Counted from the stretch's first letter, positions 29,823 to 39,445 are shown. The stretch: 64,000 bases of DNA from a bacterium (GCA_963628435.1 CAVGEY010000002.1:73878-137877), one strand, 5' to 3'. Notes: a model not told the origin generated them from the sequence alone. Made by a program: numbers and translations.

Positions 29823-31094
29823 TTAATTCTTTCTGTATTTTTTTGCGATCTCTTTATCGTCAAGATCATAAAAAGATTCGGGAGAATCTGCTATATCGTC
29901 GCGGCAGAGCCAGCGTCCGTTTGTGAAATCGGGGATTGCGACCGGCGCACCGCCGAGCGCGATTGACTGTTCGGACAAAACGCTGATTGCCGCCCATGAT
30001 GCGCTGTCATACACGTCAATCGGAGGACGCACGTTGTTTTTCACACTGTCGATAAATGCCGACATAACGAGATAGTCCATACCGCCGTGGCCGCCGTGCG
30101 GATCATAGTCTCTCCATATCGGGTGCTTATATTTCTCGGCATATTCGGATGCGTTGCCCCACAGTTTTTCACCGCAGAATTCGTATCCGTTATGTTCACC
30201 GTCAAAGAATATGCTGTCGGTGATGCCGAAATATCCGCCTTTTGTTCCTCTGACGGTAAACGCTCTGTCATAGGTTCTCGGCAGAGTAGTGTCGAGAGTA
30301 AGCAGAATTGTCTGACCGCCTGCGCATTTTATCGTTGTATTTACGATATCACCCTGAGCAAATCCGAATGACGAAACTCTTTCGTTGACATTTTCGTGTC
30401 CGACATATTCGGCAAGGCCGTGCGCGCCCGATGCAACCGATGTAAGAGTCAACATCCTGTTTCCGTTGTTGATATTCAGGAGCTTCGCAATCGGGCCGAG
30501 TTCATGCGTCGGATAATTTTCGCAGTTTCTTCCGACATAGTTGCGCAGACGGTAGTGTCTGTTCTCGATGCCGCCTGTTATTTCCCCGCGCAGATCGTGG
30601 CAGTATCCGCCGGAGCACTGCACGATTTCGCCGAACAGTCCCCGACGCGCAATACCAAGTGCCATAAGTTCACGCTCGCCGTAGCAGCAGTTTTCGAGCA
30701 TCATACAGTTTACGCCGGTTTCTTCACAGGTATGCACAAGCTGCCACAGCTTATCGATGCTGTACGCACCTCCGACCTCGAATCCGACGGCAATCCCGTG
30801 TCTCATTGCGCATATTGCTATGTCGAAATGAGCCTCCCATGCCGAGAAAACAAATATCGCATCAATGTCGGATTTTTCGCAAAGTTCTCTGTAATCGGTA
30901 AAGACCGCCGGCTTCGTTCCGGTTGCCTTGTATACATCATCGCACGCAGTTTCGGCGCGGTCGGCATAGCTGTCGCAAACCGCGGTAATCTCAATTTGGG
31001 ACGGAACGAATCCGAGAAGCACGTCATTTACAACTCCTCTTCCGCGGCCTCCGTATCCCACAACTCCGACGCGAAGTACATTTTCGTTTTTCAT
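29823..31094 (-). CDS. Gfo/Idh/MocA-fold protein resembling GH109 NAD-dependent glycosidases
   Basis: Start MKNENVLRVGVVGYGGRG is preferred over 31130 because of its RBS. ENCCYGERELMALGIARRGLFGEIVQCSGGYCHDLR resembles the GH109 core. Confidence 0.65.
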   Translation of the reverse strand: MKNENVLRVGVVGYGGRGRGVVNDVLLGFVPSQIEITAVCDSYADRAETACDDVYKATGTKPAVFTDYRELCEKSDIDAIFVFSAWEAHFDIAICAMRHGIAVGFEVGGAYSIDKLWQLVHTCEETGVNCMMLENCCYGERELMALGIARRGLFGEIVQCSGGYCHDLRGEITGGIENRHYRLRNYVGRNCENYPTHELGPIAKLLNINNGNRMLTLTSVASGAHGLAEYVGHENVNERVSSFGFAQGDIVNTTIKCAGGQTILLTLDTTLPRTYDRAFTVRGTKGGYFGITDSIFFDGEHNGYEFCGEKLWGNASEYAEKYKHPIWRDYDPHGGHGGMDYLVMSAFIDSVKNNVRPPIDVYDSASWAAISVLSEQSIALGGAPVAIPDFTNGRWLCRDDIADSPESFYDLDDKEIAKKYRKN

Positions 31095-31169
31095 ATTTTC
31101 GGTCAATCCTTTCCCGTATCCGAAAATCATTGTTCGGATTTTTTTGAATTTTATGTTTTCAGTCTATTC

Positions 31170-32222
31170 TCATATTATTTCCAGACCGTTTCTGTCGGGA
31201 AGCGGCGGATATATGTCATCGATACGATCGGAGTACCAGTAAGCAACCGATGAAATGTCGTCTTTGAGCGGCAGATAGCGTCCCTCGCTCCGCCAGCCGA
31301 GCGCCTGCACGGTAACGCGCAGATTTTCCGAAAAATAAATCGGATCGGTTATATGCCAGCGGTACAGATTAAACCGTCTGTTGGACAGATATATGCCGTC
31401 TGTGCGGTCGACTTTATACATTCCCGAGTAGGGAGTCGTAAATTCGGCATATCTGCCGTCGACATCGAAATTGTATGCTCCGCAGAAATAATCTTCGGTT
31501 CCGGTTCCGCAGACCGTCGGAAAGTCTTTGTCGCCGTCAATATAAAATTTCATTTCGCCTTCTCCCCACCAGCCGTTATTATTCACGCCCCAGTAGAGAT
31601 ATGTGCCGACATACTGTCCGTGTCCGTTTACCCCGTCAAGCAGCGTATGAACACCGCCGTCAACCGGATTCGAGCGTCTGAATTGAGCATGAAGATAAAG
31701 CGCGTCGTCGGGAACGTCTTTTTCCTCGCAGTCGATTTGATAATATACCGTTATACCGCGGCTTGCGAGATTTTCGAGTTCGATTCTGAATCCTTTTCTG
31801 TACGGCATTTCGAAATAGCAGTTAAGTCCTCTTTTCGGGTTAATGCAGACCGCAAGACTTGAAAGCTGTCGGTATTCGGGATAGTTCGCACCTGCGAAAA
31901 AGTCGCCGAGCGGCACTTCAACCGACGGATTTTCCGAGCCGTCCCAGTATATTCTCAACACGAGCAGGCGACCGGTGGGCGCATCATCGGTAATCCATAT
32001 ATGCTTTATCGATCCGCTGCCGCGGACATCCGCAAGATTAAATTTTTCACCTGCGGGGATGATTACGGACGGCGATATTTTCCATCCGATTCCGAGCTCT
32101 CTGGCAGGCGCTTCTCCGGTTCCGTGTTCGGCAGAGCCGCCGACGCCCTTTTCACCTGTAAAATTTTCGGGGCTTATCGAAAAGGTTTTTGCTTTTTTCG
32201 CAAGGCAGAGTTTATCAAGCAT
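31170..32222 (-). CDS. DUF2961 / GH172-family protein
   Basis: SISPENFTGEKG...GSGSIKHIWIT...CGTGTEDYF pattern typical of DUF2961. Confidence 0.75.
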   Translation of the reverse strand: MLDKLCLAKKAKTFSISPENFTGEKGVGGSAEHGTGEAPARELGIGWKISPSVIIPAGEKFNLADVRGSGSIKHIWITDDAPTGRLLVLRIYWDGSENPSVEVPLGDFFAGANYPEYRQLSSLAVCINPKRGLNCYFEMPYRKGFRIELENLASRGITVYYQIDCEEKDVPDDALYLHAQFRRSNPVDGGVHTLLDGVNGHGQYVGTYLYWGVNNNGWWGEGEMKFYIDGDKDFPTVCGTGTEDYFCGAYNFDVDGRYAEFTTPYSGMYKVDRTDGIYLSNRRFNLYRWHITDPIYFSENLRVTVQALGWRSEGRYLPLKDDISSVAYWYSDRIDDIYPPLPDRNGLEII

Positions 32223-32332
32223 AGTATGATTTCTCCCTTTTTCAAAAGTATATCATCTTCCGTAATTATATCATAAGGGGAAAAAAAGTCAACGAAATGT
32301 TCGGTTAAAAAATATTTTTTTGTAAAAAACTA

Positions 32333-32361
32333 TTGACAAACAGACAGCACCATGATATAAT
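32333..32361 (+). promoter_or_regulatory. Perfect-consensus sigma-A promoter for the tRNA pair
   Basis: TTGACA, 17 nt, TATAAT. Confidence 0.8.
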
Positions 32362-32403
32362 AATCAGCGTCGCAGGTACCGCAGTCGGCGGTCGGCGAAA
32401 AAT

Positions 32404-32478
32404 GCTGGTGTGGCTCAATGGCAGAGCAGCTGATTTGTAATCAGCAGGTTGATGGTTCGACTCCGTTCACCAGCTCCA
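32404..32478 (+). tRNA. tRNA-Thr (anticodon UGU), CCA encoded
   Basis: Acceptor GCTGGTG/CACCAGC, D stem GCTC/GAGC, anticodon stem GCTGA/TCAGC with loop TTTGTAA, T loop TTCGACT. Confidence 0.9.
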
Positions 32479-32518
32479 AACAGGTGAATAGAAGCATGTT
32501 TTTATTCACCTCGAATAC

Positions 32519-32603
32519 GGGAGCGTTCCCGAGTGGCCAAAGGGGACAGACTGTAAATCTGCTGCTTTCAGCTTCGGTGGTCCGAATCCACCCGCTCCCA
32601 CCA
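32519..32603 (+). tRNA. tRNA-Tyr (anticodon GUA), type II long variable arm, CCA encoded
   Basis: Acceptor GGGAGCG/CGCTCCC, anticodon loop CTGTAAA, long variable arm, T arm GGTGG-TCCGAAT-CCACC. Confidence 0.85.
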
Positions 32604-32637
32604 AAAAGACGGTTTTCTTTCGAAAACCGTCTTTTTT
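32604..32637 (+). terminator. Intrinsic terminator after the tRNA pair
   Basis: Stem GACGGTTTT / GAAAACCGTC followed by T6. Confidence 0.85.
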
Positions 32638-32802
32638 CTGTATTTTTCTGATATTTTTGTTATTTCTTTTCCTATTGCCATCGGAATGATTTTGATTATA
32701 ATTTCATAAAAGACTTTACTTTTTGTATCATATATGATAAAATACAGAGAAATATGGGCAGACACCCGAAAAGCAAGACAAAAAAAGGATGTATATTTTG
32801 CA

Positions 32803-34173
32803 ATGACCTTTACGATACACACACTCGGATGCAAGGTTAATCAATATGAAAGCACCGTTATGTCGGAAGCGCTCGAAGAGGCGGGACTATCCCGCGTTGA
32901 AAGTGTGAACGCCGATGATATCTGCGATGCCGACAAAACAGGCTCTGCCCGCGCCGCAGACATCTGCATAATAAACAGCTGTGCCGTCACCGCCGAATCG
33001 GAGCGAAAAGCCCGCCAGCTTATACGGCGAATGATTAACGAAAATCCGAACACATACGTTATTGTTACCGGATGCTACGCCCAGCTTCGCGCAGAGGAAA
33101 TTCTTAAAATCGACGGTGTATCCTATGTCTGCGGGAATTTTGCGAAGACCGAAGCCGTCAATGCCGCGCTTTTATATGCATCGTCCGGCAAACGGACTGT
33201 CGGCATAAATGTGCCGCCGCTCGAAAAAGCGAAATTTGAGCCGTCGGTTATAAAACACAGCGAACGTACCCGCGCGTATGTCAAGGTAGAGGACGGCTGC
33301 GACTCAAAATGCGCCTACTGCACAATCAAAGACGCACGCGGCCCCGTACGCTCAAAATCGGCTGCCGATGTTCATTCGGAAATTGCGGCACTTGCAGATT
33401 CGGGCTATCGCGAGGTTGTTCTCACCGGCATAGAAGTTTCGGCATGGGGCAAGGATCTTTACAGCCGGGTTTTATCCGAAAAGAGACCGAATCTTGCCGA
33501 CCTTATCCTTTCGCTCGAAGATATTGACCGACTTGACCGTGTACGGCTCAGTTCGCTCGATCCTTCGCTTCTCACCCCGGCGTTTACCGACAGACTGAAA
33601 GACTCATCAAAACTTTGTCATCATTTTCACCTTTCCCTGCAAAGCGGATGCGACAGGACACTCGCCGACATGCGGCGCAGATATAACACCGCAATGATAA
33701 AGCGCAATGTCGAACACATCAGAGAGATTTTCGGCGATGCCGAATTCACCGCCGATACGATTGTCGGATTTCCGGGCGAAAGCGATGAAGATTTCGAACA
33801 GACAAAACAATTTATTTCCGGAATCGGGCTGATTTACAATCACATCTTTCCGTTTTCAAGGCGTCCGAACACTCCCGCCTATGATATGGACGGGCAGATT
33901 GAGGAATCGGTAAAATCAAAACGCCTTCATGAACTCGAAAAAATCCGTGACGAATCGAGAGAAAAAATCTGCACCGGAATGATAGGCGGCTGCGTATCTG
34001 TTCTCTTTGAAAGAAATCACGGCGGCACGGCAAAAGGTCATACCGCTTCATTTATAGAGGTATCGGCAAAATCGGATGTCGATTTACGCGGCAGAATGGG
34101 ACTTGTGAAAATCACGGGTTATGACGGTGCGGCCGGGCTTCTTGTCGGCGAGCTTGTCTCACTTGACGTATAA
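32803..34173 (+). CDS. mtaB: tRNA methylthiotransferase, MtaB-like (radical SAM)
   Basis: Start MTFTIHTLGCKVNQYES (UPF0004 domain), radical-SAM CDSKCAYC, C-terminal TRAM-like region. Confidence 0.8.
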   Translation: MTFTIHTLGCKVNQYESTVMSEALEEAGLSRVESVNADDICDADKTGSARAADICIINSCAVTAESERKARQLIRRMINENPNTYVIVTGCYAQLRAEEILKIDGVSYVCGNFAKTEAVNAALLYASSGKRTVGINVPPLEKAKFEPSVIKHSERTRAYVKVEDGCDSKCAYCTIKDARGPVRSKSAADVHSEIAALADSGYREVVLTGIEVSAWGKDLYSRVLSEKRPNLADLILSLEDIDRLDRVRLSSLDPSLLTPAFTDRLKDSSKLCHHFHLSLQSGCDRTLADMRRRYNTAMIKRNVEHIREIFGDAEFTADTIVGFPGESDEDFEQTKQFISGIGLIYNHIFPFSRRPNTPAYDMDGQIEESVKSKRLHELEKIRDESREKICTGMIGGCVSVLFERNHGGTAKGHTASFIEVSAKSDVDLRGRMGLVKITGYDGAAGLLVGELVSLDV

Positions 34174-34246
34174 ACGCCCGGAACAGACATTCGATAAAAT
34201 TCAAGAAACGGTTTCCGGCTTTTAAGAAGAAAGGTACAAATATAAA

Positions 34247-35359
34247 ATGGAAGAATATACACTCTACCGAACCTATGCGCAGGTAAATCTGACAAACATC
34301 AGAAAAAATCTGCTTACCTGCATGAAACTTATACCCGAAGGTGTGAAACCGGTCGGAGTTGTCAAGGCAAATGCATACGGTCACGGTGCGGTTCGTGCCG
34401 CGGGAATCATTCACGATCTTGTCGATGCGTTTGCGGTTGCAACGGTTGACGAGGCAATCGAGCTTAAAACCTGCGGATTCGAAACACCGATATACATACT
34501 CGGCTACGCTCATCCGTCATCATACGAAGCGCTGATCGAAAACGATATCATCCCGGCAATTTACAAGGAATCGGATGCCGAGAAGCTGTCGGAAGTTGCA
34601 CTTTCGATGGGAAAAGTTGCCAGAATCAACATCAAAGTCGATACGGGAATGGGAAGAATCGGATTCGGCTGCGGAAAAGAAGGCAGCGATGCCGTCTGCA
34701 GAATCGCAAGACTCAAAGGTCTTGAACTTTACGGACTGTTTATGCATTTCGCGACCGCCGACAGTGCCGACAAAAGTTTTGCGATGCTTCAGTATGACCG
34801 CTTCAACAAATTTATAGATGCCTGTGCGGCAGGCGGAGCGACATTTTCGAACATCACCTGCGCAAATTCCGCCGCCGTTCTCGAAATGCCCTATACCGCC
34901 AAAACCGAAATGCGCGTCGGAATCGCGATGTACGGCTATCTTCCGTCCGACGAGGTGCGGAAAGATGTCCCGCTTCTTCCCGCGCTCACCTGGAAAAGCA
35001 GAATCGTACATATAAAAGAAATTGATGCCGGCGACAGCATAGGCTACGGCAGAACATACATCGCAAAAGACAGGCGCAGAATCGCCACAATTCCGGTCGG
35101 TTATGCCGACGGATATTCACGCGCGCTTTCGGGAAAAGGAAAAGTAATAATCAACGGGCAGGCGGCTCCGGTAGTCGGGAGAGTCTGCATGGATATGTTT
35201 ATGGTTGATGTTACCGATATAAACGCATCCGACGGTGACGAGGTTACTCTTCTCGGAGAGGGTTTTGACGCCGAGGATATGGCAAAAATCTGCGAAACGA
35301 TATCATACGAGGTACTTTGCGATATTTCGTCGCGTGTTCCGCGAGTCTATGTAAAATAA
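34247..35359 (+). CDS. alr: Alanine racemase
   Basis: VVKANAYGHGA PLP-lysine motif, GYADGY, VCMD. Confidence 0.92.
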   Translation: MEEYTLYRTYAQVNLTNIRKNLLTCMKLIPEGVKPVGVVKANAYGHGAVRAAGIIHDLVDAFAVATVDEAIELKTCGFETPIYILGYAHPSSYEALIENDIIPAIYKESDAEKLSEVALSMGKVARINIKVDTGMGRIGFGCGKEGSDAVCRIARLKGLELYGLFMHFATADSADKSFAMLQYDRFNKFIDACAAGGATFSNITCANSAAVLEMPYTAKTEMRVGIAMYGYLPSDEVRKDVPLLPALTWKSRIVHIKEIDAGDSIGYGRTYIAKDRRRIATIPVGYADGYSRALSGKGKVIINGQAAPVVGRVCMDMFMVDVTDINASDGDEVTLLGEGFDAEDMAKICETISYEVLCDISSRVPRVYVK

Positions 35360-35365
35360 AACCGC

Positions 35366-35412
35366 AAAAAACAGATACCCACGCGGCGAAAGCCGCGTGG
35401 GTATCTGTTTTG
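35366..35412 (+). terminator. Intrinsic terminator of alr
   Basis: 17-bp stem ACAGATACCCACGCGGC / GCCGCGTGGGTATCTGT, GAAA loop, T-run. Confidence 0.85.
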
Positions 35413-35486
35413 ACGGGAGTTTGCTCAGTGTCAATGTCCCGCTTACACCTGCTTCAGATTTCAAATTATCTCATGAAAGCCTCGGC

Positions 35487-36341
35487 CTACTCAATGTAAT
35501 CATCCGCATATATGAGATAGCACAAGCTTCCGTAAAGCCCCGGGATAACAAAATCATCCGATCTGATTATTTTATTTATAATATACTCTCCTGATGAATC
35601 TCTGTCATAATTGATCCTGATAATTCCGTCTTTCAATAGATGCACGGTAGAAATGCGTTCCCGACCTTTTTTATATACTCTTTCTATCTGCTCGTCATTC
35701 AGCTCGTCATAGCATCTTCTGAACAAAGGCGTTATCGGATCGATTTCTTCAACATCCTTCATGGTATCTTTAACAATTAAATTTGAAAAATTCGACATAC
35801 TTAATGACTTTTTGACTATAATCGGATATCCTCTTGAGCAATAATAGTTATCCGACTCATAGAAAAAAACATATACGCGGGTTCCACCGTCGGTTTCATA
35901 AACAAAATACATGGATTTTTGCCCATTATTTTCTATTGTTCTGACCGCTTGAGGAGGATAATTCCGCAAATATGCGTTAAGCTTATTGCCGCCCATATTA
36001 GTGTTCAAAAAATAATCCATATCTCTGTTAATCACAAAACAGTGATTATTAAAAAGAAATTCTTCTTCGGGATATTCGGTAAATCGGATATCCGAAAAAT
36101 CGGGAGTCGAAACGTAGTCATCGGACCTAATCACCTTTTCGATGTATAACCCTATATCCGTTTTGTCAAGCTCATATTTTCGGGAAGCTAACGAGTCTGT
36201 CACAAATGTAGTCGGTGTTACATATCCGATTTTTTTGCTTGTTATCCTTTCTGTTTCGTATACGGCCTTTTTACAGCCTCCGACAGAAAAAATCGCCGAG
36301 ATTAAAAGCAGAGTCACAAAGATTCTTTTGCCGATACTCAT
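35487..36341 (-). CDS. Hypothetical lipoprotein (AT-rich island gene 3)
   Basis: Lipobox LLLISAIFSVGGC. No recognisable domain. Starts 13 nt after the upstream stop. Confidence 0.6.
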   Translation of the reverse strand: MSIGKRIFVTLLLISAIFSVGGCKKAVYETERITSKKIGYVTPTTFVTDSLASRKYELDKTDIGLYIEKVIRSDDYVSTPDFSDIRFTEYPEEEFLFNNHCFVINRDMDYFLNTNMGGNKLNAYLRNYPPQAVRTIENNGQKSMYFVYETDGGTRVYVFFYESDNYYCSRGYPIIVKKSLSMSNFSNLIVKDTMKDVEEIDPITPLFRRCYDELNDEQIERVYKKGRERISTVHLLKDGIIRINYDRDSSGEYIINKIIRSDDFVIPGLYGSLCYLIYADDYIE

Positions 36342-36353
36342 AGTGTCGCCTCA

Positions 36354-36923
36354 TTATCCCGTAATTTTATAGTAAACGGGCGTACTGCTGTAAAAATCCA
36401 CATGTTCCACTTCTCCGAAATTCCAGATGCTCCACAATATATCATCCGGGTTGGGATAAATGTTAGAGTTCGGAATAATTCTCGACGGGAAAGTGCCGCG
36501 TTTATCTGCCCATGTTCCGTCTCCAAGTTGTATCCACCAATGATAATCCCAAACATCGGAATCAGATGTATCGCTGAAATTCCATTCTCCGTCGCCGTTT
36601 GCGTCATAGTAGCCGACTCTCATCACAACACGGTATTGAGTCAATGTATCAATTGTTGAGCGATACGAACTGATTCTGCCGGCCGTTATTCCGTTGTAAT
36701 ACATAAAAGATTCGGATTTGCTTCTGACCAAGGCACGCAATTCGGTTATACTTGAGCAACCATTAAGCTCATCAAAAGTTATTCCCAATGAATTCATATC
36801 AACGAACCCATTATAATTCCATGCATATCCGGCGCAGTTCTGCGATTCGTCAAAATGATTGATAAGATTATATGTTTTATTGGTTATTGTTTTGGAAATT
36901 GTGTAATTCAGTTTGTTATGCAA
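36354..36923 (-). CDS. Cys/His-motif domain protein; possibly the C-terminal part of a frameshifted secreted protein
   Basis: QNCAGYAW ... DYHWWIQLGDGTWADKRG resembles a papain-like Cys/His arrangement. It has no signal peptide, only a TTG start, and a stop codon immediately upstream in frame. Confidence 0.5.
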   Translation of the reverse strand: MHNKLNYTISKTITNKTYNLINHFDESQNCAGYAWNYNGFVDMNSLGITFDELNGCSSITELRALVRSKSESFMYYNGITAGRISSYRSTIDTLTQYRVVMRVGYYDANGDGEWNFSDTSDSDVWDYHWWIQLGDGTWADKRGTFPSRIIPNSNIYPNPDDILWSIWNFGEVEHVDFYSSTPVYYKITG

Positions 36924-37852
36924 TCACTTGATGCATGAAATTCCCTATACACAGAGTAGCCATTGCCAACCAATACCCCTCCGGAATTATAATAATTACA
37001 GGTAAAAGTCACCGCAGAAGTTCGCAAGCTGTCAATTAGACTGTGTGAGAATGCTGTCGGCACATATTTGGGGTAAGAATTATTCAAAAGAATGTATGAA
37101 AAAGAATTTACAGCGGCATATCTCCAATATGATGGAATCGCAATTGTCGATGTCATCAGAAACAAAACATTCTCTGATGGATCGGATTTAGGCTGAATGC
37201 TTGTAATTGTTTTAATCGGATTTGACGTTTCTATGCTGTTTGTATCGTTTGACTCCTCAATTAATGTTCCGCTTTGAAATGAAATCGTATCTTCATAAAA
37301 TGAGATTGTATCGTCGTACAACACATCTGCCATTTGCGAGTTCATATAAGTTACATTCGCCGGAAGTTCATACGACTTCCCGAGATAAGGGACAGATTCC
37401 CATTCGACATCATCTCCTAAGGCCTCAATGGCGACACGCGACTCCTCAATTACGGAATTATTAAATTCGATATCCTCACGCAGCTGCATTTCAAACTCCT
37501 CAAGTGTCATATTCAGGGGAGATTCATAAGGGCTGTTCTCGGTAAATAAAGCCTCGTCAAAAACCATTGAATATCCGTATTCTTCATTCAGTTTATCGAT
37601 TATTTCCTGATAGGCGATCAAGTCCTCTCTTTTAATAATGCTTTCGGTAGCGGTTTCGGGTTCGCGAGCAGCTTCCGTCTCTATTTTCGTAGTATCATCG
37701 GGAAGCTCTTTCGATGCATATTCAGACGTATCTCCCAACGAAATGATATTCTCGGGGACCGGCTCAACAGCATAAGCATTCATGGGAAATAATTCACAGA
37801 AAATTACCGATGCGAGTAACAGACAAACTATTGCCTTTTTTATTGTCTTCAT
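36908..37852 (-). CDS. Secreted acidic protein (AT-rich island gene 1)
   Basis: Signal peptide MKTIKKAIVCLLLASVIFCELFPMNAYA and an acidic repeat-like region (DDTISFYEDTISF). It overlaps the next ORF by 16 nt. Confidence 0.6.
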   Translation of the reverse strand: MKTIKKAIVCLLLASVIFCELFPMNAYAVEPVPENIISLGDTSEYASKELPDDTTKIETEAAREPETATESIIKREDLIAYQEIIDKLNEEYGYSMVFDEALFTENSPYESPLNMTLEEFEMQLREDIEFNNSVIEESRVAIEALGDDVEWESVPYLGKSYELPANVTYMNSQMADVLYDDTISFYEDTISFQSGTLIEESNDTNSIETSNPIKTITSIQPKSDPSENVLFLMTSTIAIPSYWRYAAVNSFSYILLNNSYPKYVPTAFSHSLIDSLRTSAVTFTCNYYNSGGVLVGNGYSVYREFHASSDCITN

Positions 37853-38022
37853 TACGGAGATTCCTTTCTAAAATATTATGATGAAAAGCAGCGGGTGGTA
37901 CCCGCATTCAGAGAGTGAGCGGCAAACCTCATCAGGCTGCATACAATCGTCGAACATACATAAAATCCAAACATTCATTGCCGTTTGATCGCCTGAAAAT
38001 CACCACTTTACCTTTCATATTT

Positions 38023-38051
38023 ACTTTACTATATTTTGCTCACAATGTCAA
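38023..38051 (-). promoter_or_regulatory. Sigma-A promoter for the AT-rich island operon
   Basis: Minus strand: TTGACA, 17 nt, TAAAGT. This leaves a leader of about 160 nt. Confidence 0.55.
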
Positions 38052-38149
38052 TAGCATGCGGATAAATTTTTCGAGAATGACTTTTACAGTCCTCTTCCCT
38101 CTATCAACATATAAAACGGATTGTTTTATAAAACATGACAAAAAATAAC

Positions 38150-38194
38150 AAAAAATGCTCCCGCAATCGGGTTTCAATGTCCGATTGCGGAAGC
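38150..38194 (-). terminator. Intrinsic terminator of the SGNH hydrolase gene
   Basis: Minus strand: stem GCTTCCGCAATCGG / CCGATTGCGGGAGC followed by a T-run. Confidence 0.8.
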
Positions 38195-38207
38195 ATTTCA
38201 TTTTCTT

Positions 38208-39023
38208 TTATTTTCCTATTGTATTTTCAATAAACTCCCTGAAAATCGGAGTCAGCCAGCGTTTATAGCCCATTCCGTTCGGATGTATGATGTCCGCCAT
38301 ATTCTTTTCCAAAAAAGCGGTTCTCTCGCTTTCGGTCATTGCGGAAAGCTCTTCATTATTCCAAAGATCGAGAACATTTATGCTCCATTTCTCTTTGATT
38401 TTGAGCATCGCGTTGACCATTCGTCTGTATTCGGCGCTGCCGTACTTCGGATTTGTATAGAAAGCAATCGGGCAGTCAAATCTCTCTTTTGCATAGGCGA
38501 TTACGTATTCGATTGCTCCGCAGACTGTCGATGTATCGAACGAATCGATATCGAACGAATCGCCGATCTTGCCGAGCGGCAGCTTCTTTGTCGCGTCATT
38601 GGTCGAAAGCTGACAGATAAAATAATCGCATTTCAGGTCCGACGGTATCTTTTTCATACGCGCGATATATGAATTGTCGCCGTTATCGACGAGAGTTGTG
38701 CCGGATACCGCATATTTTGCGCTTATGCAGCCGGTCGAATGTGCGAGATACTCTGCCATAGAGATGCCGCCGTTTGCGTGTCCGTAGGTAACAGACGAAC
38801 CGAGCCATACTATGGTTTTACCCTCGAGAGATACCGCTTTCTTCGGTTCTTCGGCGGTAACGGCGGATGTTGACGCCGCTGTTTGTTCGGTGCCCGGTGC
38901 GGTTTCCTTACCGCCGTCTGTCTCTGAACTTGTTTCGCTCTGTGCGGCAGGTGCGCATGCGGATAACCCCAGCGGAATCAGCATAAGATTTGATAATAAG
39001 AATGCAAACAGTCTTCTACTCAT
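38208..39023 (-). CDS. SGNH/GDSL-family hydrolase lipoprotein
   Basis: Lipobox GLSAC, block I WLGSSVTYG, C-terminal DIIHPN (block V DxxH). Confidence 0.8.
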   Translation of the reverse strand: MSRRLFAFLLSNLMLIPLGLSACAPAAQSETSSETDGGKETAPGTEQTAASTSAVTAEEPKKAVSLEGKTIVWLGSSVTYGHANGGISMAEYLAHSTGCISAKYAVSGTTLVDNGDNSYIARMKKIPSDLKCDYFICQLSTNDATKKLPLGKIGDSFDIDSFDTSTVCGAIEYVIAYAKERFDCPIAFYTNPKYGSAEYRRMVNAMLKIKEKWSINVLDLWNNEELSAMTESERTAFLEKNMADIIHPNGMGYKRWLTPIFREFIENTIGK

Positions 39024-39307
39024 CGAAATTCACTCCCAAATAAAATCATTTTATTCTTTCAGACACGATTATAACATTTTACCTGATTTATGTCAACAGA
39101 AAAAGCGAAAAACGGCGTTTCATCGCCGACTTTACAGCTCATTCGCTTTTACCGATGACGGCATGATTTTAAGTGATTCGACAAGGCGGCAAACTCCGCT
39201 ATCTCACAAATTTCATTCGGATACACGGCATCGGAGCTTTCGGAATTGTATATAATGTGATAAATTGAGAAAAATCGCTCAAAAAGGCTTGAAAAGGCAA
39301 AAAAACA

Positions 39308-39336
39308 TTGAAAAAAGTAAATTTATGTGTTATACT
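39308..39336 (+). promoter_or_regulatory. Sigma-A promoter for metG
   Basis: TTGAAA, 17 nt (ending in TGT), TATACT. Confidence 0.6.
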
Positions 39337-39445
39337 GTAGGGTAAAGAGAAAAGGAAATCAGCTTTTATCGGTTATTGCCGCTCAAAAATCCGAAAAGAT
39401 GATTTGAAACGGCAAAAGCATCAAAAGAAAGGAACGTTCATAATA

